63,946 nt of DNA from Frankiaceae bacterium (lineage in GTDB: Bacteria > Actinomycetota > Actinomycetes > JADGOV01): the NCBI GenBank assembly GCA_017882785.1, contig JADGOV010000005.1, forward strand, positions 1 through 63,946, written 5' to 3'. The translations under genes were made by a program, and so were the position numbers. The notes below the pieces were generated by a model. It did no database searches. It saw only the letters and a program-made list of their open reading frames with translations, and was not told where the DNA came from. The first letter of the stretch is position 1. Every line of letters starts with the position of its first letter. Shown piece by piece: positions 7,590-15,454 of this stretch.

Positions 7590-9667
7590 TCCGGGACGCC
7601 CGAGTCAGCGTTCTGCGCCGCCACCAGGGCCAGGACCGCCGGTCCGTAGGCTTCCAGCTTTCGCGCGCCGATGCCGGGAATGGCCACCATGTCGGCCAGC
7701 GAGGCGGGCCTGGCCTGGGCGATCGAGCTCAGTGTCGCATCGGTGAAGACGCAGAAGGCCGGCTGCTTGAGCTCCCGGGCCTGCTCCAGTCGCCAGGCTT
7801 TGAGCCGATCGAAGAGCACGGCGTCCATCGGACCCTCCAACCGGGGGCGCGGTGAGCCGGACCGCTGGCGCCGCCTCGATGCCGGGGTCGGCGCCGGCCG
7901 GATCCCGTCGAGGAAGCGGCTCGGCGTGCGGGCCCGGCGGCCACCCTCGGCGCGGGACAGGGCCCATGACAGGTGCAGGTGCCGTCGAGCACGGGTGATC
8001 CCGACGTAGAGCAGCCGGCGCTCTTCTTCCAGCTGCGCGGCGGTTGCGGCGTAGGTGATGGGCAGTGTGCCGTCGACGAGCCCGACCAGAAAGACCGCCT
8101 CCCACTCCAGACCCTTCGCAGCGTGCAGCGACGCGAGCGTCACGCCGTCCAACGGCGGAGCATGCTGTGCGCTCTCTCGCTCGGTCAGTTCGGCCGTGAA
8201 CTCTGCCAGCCCGCTAGCCGGCGCCGCCGCCGCCAGGTCCTGGGCCACTCGGACCAGCGCGGTCAAGGACTCCCAGCGCTCCCGGACGGCCCCGCGACCT
8301 GGCGGCGCCGTCCTCGACCAGCCCGCAGCGGACAGGACGGCTTCGACCTCTGCCACCAACCCCCCACCTGATGCCGCGCCCGGGTCAGCATCGCCGGAGG
8401 GGAAGCGGGCGGCCGCTCGCAGCAGCACCACCGCCTTGCGCACCTCGGGCCGGGAGAAGAACCGCTCCGCGCCGCGCAGGACGTACGGCAGGCCGGCGGC
8501 TGCGAGTGCGGTCTCGTACGCCTCGGACTGGGCATTGATCCGGTACAGGATCGCGATCTCCCGTGCGGGCAGACCGTCCGCGACGAGTTGTCCACAGGCC
8601 GCGGCCACGGCGGCGGCCTCGGCAGGTTCATCGGGGTGTTCACGATAGGTCGGTGCCGGCCCCGCGGGCCGCTGCGCGACGAGGGGCAGGCGTTCCCGGA
8701 CCGGCCCGCGACCGCGGACCACGTTTGCCAGCGAAACCACCTCCGGCGTCGAGCGGTAGTCACGGGTCAGGCGGATGACGGCGGCGTCGGGAAAACGGGT
8801 GGGAAACTCCAGCAGGAAATCCGACCTGGCGCCACCGAAAGTGTAGATCGTCTGACCGGCATCGCCGACAACGCACAGGTCGTCACGGTCGCCGAGCCAG
8901 GCGTCCAGCAGCAGCTGCTGCAGCGGGCTGACGTCCTGATATTCATCGACGACGAAATACCGGTAGCGACCCCGCACCTCTGCGGCCACGTGATGGTCGT
9001 CGGTGATGACGGCGGCGGCCAGGAGGAGCAGATCCTCGAAATCAACCACTCCCGCGTCGGCTTTCACCTGCTCGTACGCGGCGGCCACTTCCGCCACCTC
9101 CGCCGCCGGGAGCGGGGGCTGCCGATCCGCGGCTGTCACCGCCGCCGGATAGGCCGCTGGGGAGGTGAGCGTCGACTTGGCCCACTCCACCTCACCGGTC
9201 AGGTCGCGAAGCCCGGTGCCGGCCACCGTCCGGCGCAAGGCGCGCGATGCGGCCTGCGCGACCAGCCGGAGCTTGCTCTCCACCACCGGCGGCAGGGTCG
9301 TGCCGAACGCCTTGGGATAGAAGTAGCTCAGTTGACGCAGCGCGGCGGAATGGAAGGTACGCGCCTGCACGCCGGGCACGCCGAGCGCGCGCAGCCGGAT
9401 GCGCATCTCCCCGGCCGCTCGGGTGGTGAAGGTGACCGCCTGAACCTCCGACACCGGGACTGCCCCGGTCAGCACCGCGAACGCCACCCGGGCGGTGATG
9501 GCCCGAGTCTTGCCAGTGCCGGCACCGGCCAGCACACAGACCGGGCCGCGAACCGCCTCGACGACGGCCTGCTGTTCGGGATCGAGGCCGGCAAGCAGGT
9601 CGGCAGCTGAGGTCACCGTGACGCCATCGGTGACCCCGGCGGCCGGCCGGGCCACGGTGCCGCTCAC
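7586..9667 (-). CDS. uvrD2: ATP-dependent DNA helicase UvrD2 with HRDC domain
   Basis: AGAGTGKT, VDEYQD, HAAKGLEW, EEERRLLYVGITRA and C-terminal HRDC (PAFCVFTDATL...IPGIGARKL). Confidence 0.95.
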   Translation of the reverse strand: MSGTVARPAAGVTDGVTVTSAADLLAGLDPEQQAVVEAVRGPVCVLAGAGTGKTRAITARVAFAVLTGAVPVSEVQAVTFTTRAAGEMRIRLRALGVPGVQARTFHSAALRQLSYFYPKAFGTTLPPVVESKLRLVAQAASRALRRTVAGTGLRDLTGEVEWAKSTLTSPAAYPAAVTAADRQPPLPAAEVAEVAAAYEQVKADAGVVDFEDLLLLAAAVITDDHHVAAEVRGRYRYFVVDEYQDVSPLQQLLLDAWLGDRDDLCVVGDAGQTIYTFGGARSDFLLEFPTRFPDAAVIRLTRDYRSTPEVVSLANVVRGRGPVRERLPLVAQRPAGPAPTYREHPDEPAEAAAVAAACGQLVADGLPAREIAILYRINAQSEAYETALAAAGLPYVLRGAERFFSRPEVRKAVVLLRAAARFPSGDADPGAASGGGLVAEVEAVLSAAGWSRTAPPGRGAVRERWESLTALVRVAQDLAAAAPASGLAEFTAELTERESAQHAPPLDGVTLASLHAAKGLEWEAVFLVGLVDGTLPITYAATAAQLEEERRLLYVGITRARRHLHLSWALSRAEGGRRARTPSRFLDGIRPAPTPASRRRQRSGSPRPRLEGPMDAVLFDRLKAWRLEQARELKQPAFCVFTDATLSSIAQARPASLADMVAIPGIGARKLEAYGPAVLALVAAQNADSGVPE

Positions 9668-9674
9668 GCGCGCC

Positions 9675-9697
9675 ATTCTGTCAGCCGCGAGGGACAA
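9675..9697 (-). promoter_or_regulatory. PafBC/RecA-NDp-like DNA-damage promoter (degenerate)
   Basis: TTGTCCCTC-8 nt-CAGAAT-7 nt-GTG. Confidence 0.5.
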
Positions 9698-9987
9698 GGC
9701 GGCTGCGGTCAGAGGGGCGACGGGGCATGACCCGCCCGGTTACCTCCACCTCGATCCCGCAAGCGGCTGAAGACCCTTGGTTCGGTGGCCCAAGGTTACC
9801 GGCGTGCAGGCCACCCGGCCCTGCCGGCGTGCGGGGTGGATCGGTGATCCTGGGCTGGAGCGGTCGGCATGGCCGACCGCGGAGCTGTGTTCAGCTCCAG
9901 GCGCAGGGATGCCGCGCCGCCTGAATCGCCGAGGAATCGACCGACAAGTCGCGTCCACGGGAACTCGCCGGATGATGAGGAGCCGAC

Positions 9988-11145
9988 GTGGACGACGCGC
10001 AGGACGAGAACGGCCAGCCGGACGGGCCGCGAGACGGCTCCGATGAGGAGATCGCCGCGGACCGGATGAGGACGCGGGCGCTGGTGCCACAGCCTCCGGC
10101 GGCCACCGCTGGGACGGCGGCCCGACCTGCGCCGAGCACCGCCCTGGCGGTGGACCGGGACGCCCTCGACGCTGCCCTGGTCCTGCTGGTCACGGTGGCC
10201 CGGTCGGTGGTGTTCGGCGCCGACGGGGTGAGCATCACCCTGCCGCGGAACGGCCACCCGGCGACGGTGGCGGCCAGCGATGAGGAACTCCTCGAGTTGG
10301 ATCACCAGCAGGACGCCAACGGTGCCGGCCCGAGTCTGGACGCCACCCGGGGCGAGCGGGTGCACGTCGAGTCGCTGCACAGCGAGACCCGGTGGCCGGC
10401 CTTCGTCCGGACGGCCCGGGCCCGCGGGGTGCAGACCGTCCTGTCCCTTCCGCTGGGCACCGCGGACCGCCCGGTCGGGGCGCTGACGGTGTATTCCCGC
10501 ACCGCCGGCGCGCTCGCCGGGGAGGAGGCGGAGTGGGCGGAGCTGATCGCGGCCGAGGCGTCCGGCCTGCTGAGGGCCGGCCCGTCCGGCGGGCCGGACG
10601 GGCCGGTGGGCCTGCGGGTGCGGGAGGCGTTGCAGTTCCGGGAGGCGATCGCCCACGCCCAGGGCGTAATCATGCATCGGGACGGGGTGTCCTCGACGGC
10701 GGCATCCGCCGTCCTGCGCGACATCAGCCGCCGCACCGGCCAGGCGCTGCGTGAGGTCGCCGCAGACTGTGTGGCGTCCTACCGGCACGGCGACGTGCTC
10801 GCCGCCGCGGTGGCCGCTCCCCCGCGAGAGGTCTTGGGACCGCCCACGGTGGACGTGTCCCCGCGGCAGCCCGACGGCACGATCTACCTCACGGTGGGCG
10901 GTGCGTGGACGCGGGCCGCCGCCGGCGGGACGCGGGCACTGTTCGACGGTGTCCGCCGGCACCGACCGACGTTGGTCATCGTCGACCTGGCCGACGTCGC
11001 GGTGATGGACGCCGGGGGTGTGGAGGCGTTGGCCACGGCGTCGTCCAGCCTGCAGGCGGCGGGCTGCCGGGTCGAACTGCACAACCCGCCGCCGGCCCTC
11101 CGGTCGCTGCTGGAGGGGACTGATGGCCGGCACAGCACCGGATGA
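9988..11145 (+). CDS. GAF-ANTAR-STAS protein
   Basis: GAF (GADGVSITL...GP.LDA...ETRWPAF), ANTAR (IAHAQGVIM...LRDISR...LREVA) and STAS (IVDLADVAVMDAGGVEAL). Confidence 0.85.
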   Translation: MDDAQDENGQPDGPRDGSDEEIAADRMRTRALVPQPPAATAGTAARPAPSTALAVDRDALDAALVLLVTVARSVVFGADGVSITLPRNGHPATVAASDEELLELDHQQDANGAGPSLDATRGERVHVESLHSETRWPAFVRTARARGVQTVLSLPLGTADRPVGALTVYSRTAGALAGEEAEWAELIAAEASGLLRAGPSGGPDGPVGLRVREALQFREAIAHAQGVIMHRDGVSSTAASAVLRDISRRTGQALREVAADCVASYRHGDVLAAAVAAPPREVLGPPTVDVSPRQPDGTIYLTVGGAWTRAAAGGTRALFDGVRRHRPTLVIVDLADVAVMDAGGVEALATASSSLQAAGCRVELHNPPPALRSLLEGTDGRHSTG

Positions 11146-11233
11146 CCTGAACCGGGCGCGCCGGGACGCGGCGCTGTCAGTGGCGGAGCTGTGGCCGCGG
11201 CGCTTCGACCACCACCGGACTGCAGGACAGTGA
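11123..11233 (+). pseudogene. Possible truncated small partner gene of GAF-ANTAR loci
   Basis: GGAGGGG RBS then ATG; DDLNRARRDAALSVAELW..F followed by an early stop. Confidence 0.4.
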
Positions 11234-11353
11234 CGGGTCGGCGTGCTGGTTCCGGTACGGGACGGCGTCGCATGCCGACGACAACGCTGATCAGCACGCC
11301 CCGACCTGCGCGCTGGCAAGCCGCCGGTAGAGGCTACGGTCGCGGTCGGCCGA

Positions 11354-12562
11354 GTGGAGGCAGGGATGACAACAGCTGAACGCGCGGACACCCGGCGAGC
11401 GGTACGCGCTCGCAGGGTATTCGACGGCCTTGACCTGTGCCGCGCACAGGACGCGATGGTGCTGATCGAGAGCGGCTTCATCACCGACATCGACACCACA
11501 GGCGCGGAACCGCCGGCTGGTGTCCCGCTCGAGGACCTCGGTGACGTGACCGTACTTCCCGGCCTGATCGACACACACACTCACTTGGCCTTCGACGCGA
11601 GCGACGAGGTCGTCGCCCACGTTCAGCAGGCGACGCCCGAGGAGTTGTCGGCGCAGATGCGCCGCGCCGCCGCGAGCATGCTCAGGTGCGGAATTACCAC
11701 GATCCGCGACTTGGGCGACCGGGACTACCTGTCGTTCACGATCCGCGAGGAGACTGCCGTCCGGCCCGAAACCGGCCCCACCATCCTCGCCGCCGGGCCG
11801 CCACTGACCCCTACCGGAGGCCACTGCTGGTTCCTGGGCGGCCAAGCCGACGGTCTCGACGGGATCAGTCGGGCGGTAGCCGAGCACGCCGCCCGCGGCG
11901 CTGATGTGATCAAGATGATGGTCACCGGCGGACGGATGACACCGACCACGCTGCCGCACGAGTCTCAGTACACGCTGAACGAACTGCGCGCCGCGGTCGA
12001 CCGGGCCCATGAGCGTGGGCTGACCATCGCCGGCCACGCACACGGCCGCCAGGGCATCGCTGACGCCCTGGCGGCCGGCTTTGACACCCTGGAGCACGTC
12101 AGCTTCATGACTGCGGACGGGATCGCTCCGGACCAGGCTGTTATCGACGCGATCGCGGCCTCCGGCATCATCAGCTCAGTCACCGTCGGCGTCCTGCCGG
12201 GCGCGGCCGTACCGCCGCCCTTGGATCGCCTACTCCCGTTGATGCTCGCCCACCTCAAGAACATGTACGACTCCGGTGTCCGCATCACCATCGGCCCCGA
12301 CGGTGGGGTTGCTCCGGCAAAGCCCCATGATGTCCTTCCGCACGCCCTTTCCGCTCTGGTCGAGGCAGGCATCCCCGCACGCGCAGCCCTCGCCGCCGTT
12401 ACCTCCACCGCGGCCGAGGCGTGTGGATTGAAGGGCCGGATCGGCCGGGTCGCACCCGGCCACTCCGCCGACCTACTCGCGGTCAGCGGCGACCCCCTGA
12501 CCGACATCGCCGCCATTCATAGGCCCAGTGCGATCTACCGGCGCGGCCGACGAGTCCTCTGA
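11354..12562 (+). CDS. Metal-dependent amidohydrolase
   Basis: LPGLIDTHTH, IKMMVTGG, AGHAHG, LEH, GPD and ADLLAVSGDPL. Confidence 0.93.
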   Translation: MEAGMTTAERADTRRAVRARRVFDGLDLCRAQDAMVLIESGFITDIDTTGAEPPAGVPLEDLGDVTVLPGLIDTHTHLAFDASDEVVAHVQQATPEELSAQMRRAAASMLRCGITTIRDLGDRDYLSFTIREETAVRPETGPTILAAGPPLTPTGGHCWFLGGQADGLDGISRAVAEHAARGADVIKMMVTGGRMTPTTLPHESQYTLNELRAAVDRAHERGLTIAGHAHGRQGIADALAAGFDTLEHVSFMTADGIAPDQAVIDAIAASGIISSVTVGVLPGAAVPPPLDRLLPLMLAHLKNMYDSGVRITIGPDGGVAPAKPHDVLPHALSALVEAGIPARAALAAVTSTAAEACGLKGRIGRVAPGHSADLLAVSGDPLTDIAAIHRPSAIYRRGRRVL

Positions 12563-12661
12563 CCGCTCACGGGTGGTGGGTGCTGAGAATCAAGAAAAGG
12601 CGCCGAAATCTCAGCGACCGAGAATACTGATCACTGTCGAAGGCCGACACAGGCGGGACAG

Positions 12662-13069
12662 ATGTCCAACACCGATCCGTGGGCGACTCCGAGGTCTGGC
12701 GAACAGTCATCCACCTGCCAGCACGAGTCCTTCGTGGAAGGGTGCGAATCGTGCGACCGTCGGCGACAGGCAGCGACTCCCTCGTACCCAAATGTCCAGT
12801 ATGGGCCGCAGCCGCCATATCCGACTCCGCGGCGCACGAATGGCCTGGCCATTGCGTCGCTGGTTCTAGGGATCGTGTGGATCTACTGGATCGGCAGTGT
12901 GCTGGCCATCATCTTTGGTCACGTCGCGCTGGGTCAAATGAAGCGCGATCAGTCCCAGGACGGGAAGGGAATGGCCATCGCCGGACTCGTGCTCGGCTAC
13001 ATCGGAGCATTCTTCCTCGTGCTGGTCATCGTCGTCTCGGCCACAGCGAGTTCCGGCTCAGGCGGCTGA
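12662..13069 (+). CDS. DUF4190 membrane protein
   Basis: TNGLAIASLVLGI...IIFGHVALGQMKR...GKGMAIAGLVLGY. Confidence 0.9.
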   Translation: MSNTDPWATPRSGEQSSTCQHESFVEGCESCDRRRQAATPSYPNVQYGPQPPYPTPRRTNGLAIASLVLGIVWIYWIGSVLAIIFGHVALGQMKRDQSQDGKGMAIAGLVLGYIGAFFLVLVIVVSATASSGSGG

Positions 13070-13168
13070 CCCGTGATTGACGCCGAGCGCCGGCGGGAAG
13101 CAACGGCTCCCGCCCGGGGTTGAAGACTCTGGTTGGGGCATTCGTTTCCGGCCACCCTTGGAGGTCGC

Positions 13169-13429
13169 ATGCCGGCTCGCGCCAGCGGTGCCCTCACGAT
13201 GTTCAGCACCGTGTGGTGTGGTTACTGCACGCGGCTCAAGCGGCAACTGGACCGAGCGGGTGTGCCTTTCGTCGATGTCGACATCGAGCAGGACGACGAA
13301 GCGGCTGCCTTCGTCGAGTCGGCGAACGGTGGAACGCGGACGGTGCCCACTGTGCTCCTGCCCGACGGCCGAACCCTGACCAACCCCACCCTGTCCGAGC
13401 TCAGCGAGCAGCTGGCGCAGACCGCGTAA
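13169..13429 (+). CDS. mrx1: Mycoredoxin 1 (glutaredoxin-like)
   Basis: WCGYC, VDIEQD and NGGTRTVPTV; GGAGG RBS. Confidence 0.9.
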   Translation: MPARASGALTMFSTVWCGYCTRLKRQLDRAGVPFVDVDIEQDDEAAAFVESANGGTRTVPTVLLPDGRTLTNPTLSELSEQLAQTA

Positions 13430-13506
13430 TCCGTGCGGAATCCGCGGCCAAGGCCCACCATGGAATGTGCAGATCATTTCCATGGTGACCAGGTGGTGAG
13501 GCGCAC

Positions 13507-14391
13507 GTGGGCACGGCGGCTGGCTTCCATTCGCCGGTGGTAACGGCCGCCATGACGGCCGCGGCGGCAGCCACCGGCATGGAGGTGGTGTTCATCGGTG
13601 GGCTCACCGCGGACAACTTCACCTTCCAGCGCCTGCACGGCACGTGGTCGGGTCTGGCCGAGGGCCTGCATTTCGATCGAGCAGACTCCTTTTGTGCCCG
13701 CCTCCTGGAAGGCGCCCCGACAGCCACCGCCGATGCCGCGGCCGAGCCCGCATACCGTTCGGTGTCCGCGATCGCGACCTATGGCGTGACCTCCTACGTC
13801 GGGGTACCGATCCGGGACGAGGCAGGTCAGGCCATAGGCACCCTGTGTGCCATCGACCATTGCGCCGTGCCGGTCGACGACACCGCGGTGGCCATCCTCC
13901 TCAGTCTCGCCGATCTCATCGCCGCCCACCTGCACGTCGCGCCGGCCGCCGGCGTGGTGATCCGCCGAACGCCCTGCGGCTGGCAAGTGGACGACTCGTC
14001 CGGGTCGAGCGGGTGGGGAACCGCGGAGGGCGAAGGGGTCGAGCCGGAGCCCGATCTCACGACGGCGCTCACTTTGGCTGACCTGCTCGCAGACGGCAAC
14101 CCGATGGGTAACCGGCCTCCGCGGGGCGATCCGACACTCGACGTCGTCGGGCAGTTGCGGCTGTCGGTGGCGCAGCTGGAGCACGCGCTCGCCGTCCGGG
14201 TCGTCGTCGAACAGGCCATCGGCGTCCTCGCCGAACGCCAGCGGCTGGCACCTCGGGTCGCCTTCGAACGGCTCCGCAAGGCGGCGCGGTCCCGGGGCCG
14301 GAAGGTGCACAGCGTGGCCCGGGAGGTCGTCGCCTCCGCTCATGCGACCGGAGTACCGCTGCCGCCGGAGCTCGGTGGCCGCAGGTCCTGA
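13507..14391 (+). CDS. GAF-ANTAR protein
   Basis: GAF (SFC...SYVGVPI...GTLCAID) and ANTAR (LEHALAVRVVVEQAIGVLAER...AFERLRKAAR). Confidence 0.88.
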   Translation: MGTAAGFHSPVVTAAMTAAAAATGMEVVFIGGLTADNFTFQRLHGTWSGLAEGLHFDRADSFCARLLEGAPTATADAAAEPAYRSVSAIATYGVTSYVGVPIRDEAGQAIGTLCAIDHCAVPVDDTAVAILLSLADLIAAHLHVAPAAGVVIRRTPCGWQVDDSSGSSGWGTAEGEGVEPEPDLTTALTLADLLADGNPMGNRPPRGDPTLDVVGQLRLSVAQLEHALAVRVVVEQAIGVLAERQRLAPRVAFERLRKAARSRGRKVHSVAREVVASAHATGVPLPPELGGRRS

Positions 14392-14416
14392 CGGCGCCCT
14401 GGTGCGCCTGCCCGGT

Positions 14417-15289
14417 TCAGCCGTCAGCAACGAGCCACGCGTCGAGCAGCCAGCGGGCGATCGACACCACCGGCGGCAGGGCGATCTCTCCCGCCCGCAG
14501 CTGAGACCGGCTGACCCACCTGGCCTCCGCCAGTTCCTGCGGGTCCGGGCGCAGCGGCAAGTACTCCGCCCGCGCGGTGAAGCCCAGCATCAGACTGGAC
14601 GGGAAGGGCCACGGCTGACTGAAGACGTAGCGTACGTCGGAGACGACGAGCCCCACCTCCTCCGACACCTCCCGGGTGACCGCCGCCTCCGAGGACTCCC
14701 CGGGCTCCACGAACCCGGCCAGGACGCTGAGCCTCCCCTGCGGCCAGGCCGGGCCCCGCCCGAGCACAACGCGGTTCCCCCCGTCGTGCACAACCATGAT
14801 CACCGCTGGGTCAACGCGGGGAAAGTGTTGTGAGCCGTCCGCCGGGCAACGACGTTCCGCCCCGCCAGCGACACTGAAGGTCCCGGTCCCGCAGCGCGGG
14901 CAATAGGGGTGCGTCGCGTGCCAGTGAACCAACGCGACCGCGTGGGTCATCAGCCCCGACTCGCGGTCGTCGAGCAGGGCACCAACCTCCCGCAGCCCCA
15001 ACGATCGGTGCTGCGGCTCAGTCGTGGTCGGCGGCAGCGGCGCGGCGACGGCGAAATACGCGGTGCCATCGGCCGTCCCGAGGAAGAGCCGATCCCCCGC
15101 CGGCATCCCGGCGGGGGAGGTCAGGACGAGCTGCGGGCGGTCCCCCGCCACGTCGATGAGCGTTTCCCCGTCGGACACGACGAACGCCCGGCTAGCCGGA
15201 TCAGCCCAGGCCCGGATGAGATAGTCCTCGTCGAGCCGCAGGTGCGCGGCACGATCCACGCCGGCGCGGGATAGCGCGGGCACGCTCAT
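14417..15289 (-). CDS. nudC: NAD(H) diphosphatase NudC
   Basis: CPRCG, FPRVDPAVIM, Nudix box GFVEPGES...REVSEEVG and SQPWPFPSS. Confidence 0.95.
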   Translation of the reverse strand: MSVPALSRAGVDRAAHLRLDEDYLIRAWADPASRAFVVSDGETLIDVAGDRPQLVLTSPAGMPAGDRLFLGTADGTAYFAVAAPLPPTTTEPQHRSLGLREVGALLDDRESGLMTHAVALVHWHATHPYCPRCGTGTFSVAGGAERRCPADGSQHFPRVDPAVIMVVHDGGNRVVLGRGPAWPQGRLSVLAGFVEPGESSEAAVTREVSEEVGLVVSDVRYVFSQPWPFPSSLMLGFTARAEYLPLRPDPQELAEARWVSRSQLRAGEIALPPVVSIARWLLDAWLVADG

Positions 15290-15454
15290 CGAGAGACCGG
15301 GAGTCGCGACGCTCGGCAGTTCATCTGGGCAAACAGACGACACCCCGGCACCGCCGCATCGTACCCGCGGCCGCGGGCAACTTTTCGCACGCAACCGGTC
15401 AAGTCGCCAGGCCCACCGTGCGGCTATTCGCCTTATGGGTGACCGTAGGCAACG

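Noticed and set aside
8588-8596. Perfect DnaA box TTGTCCACA
   Set aside because: Single site inside the uvrD2 CDS; compatible with chance.
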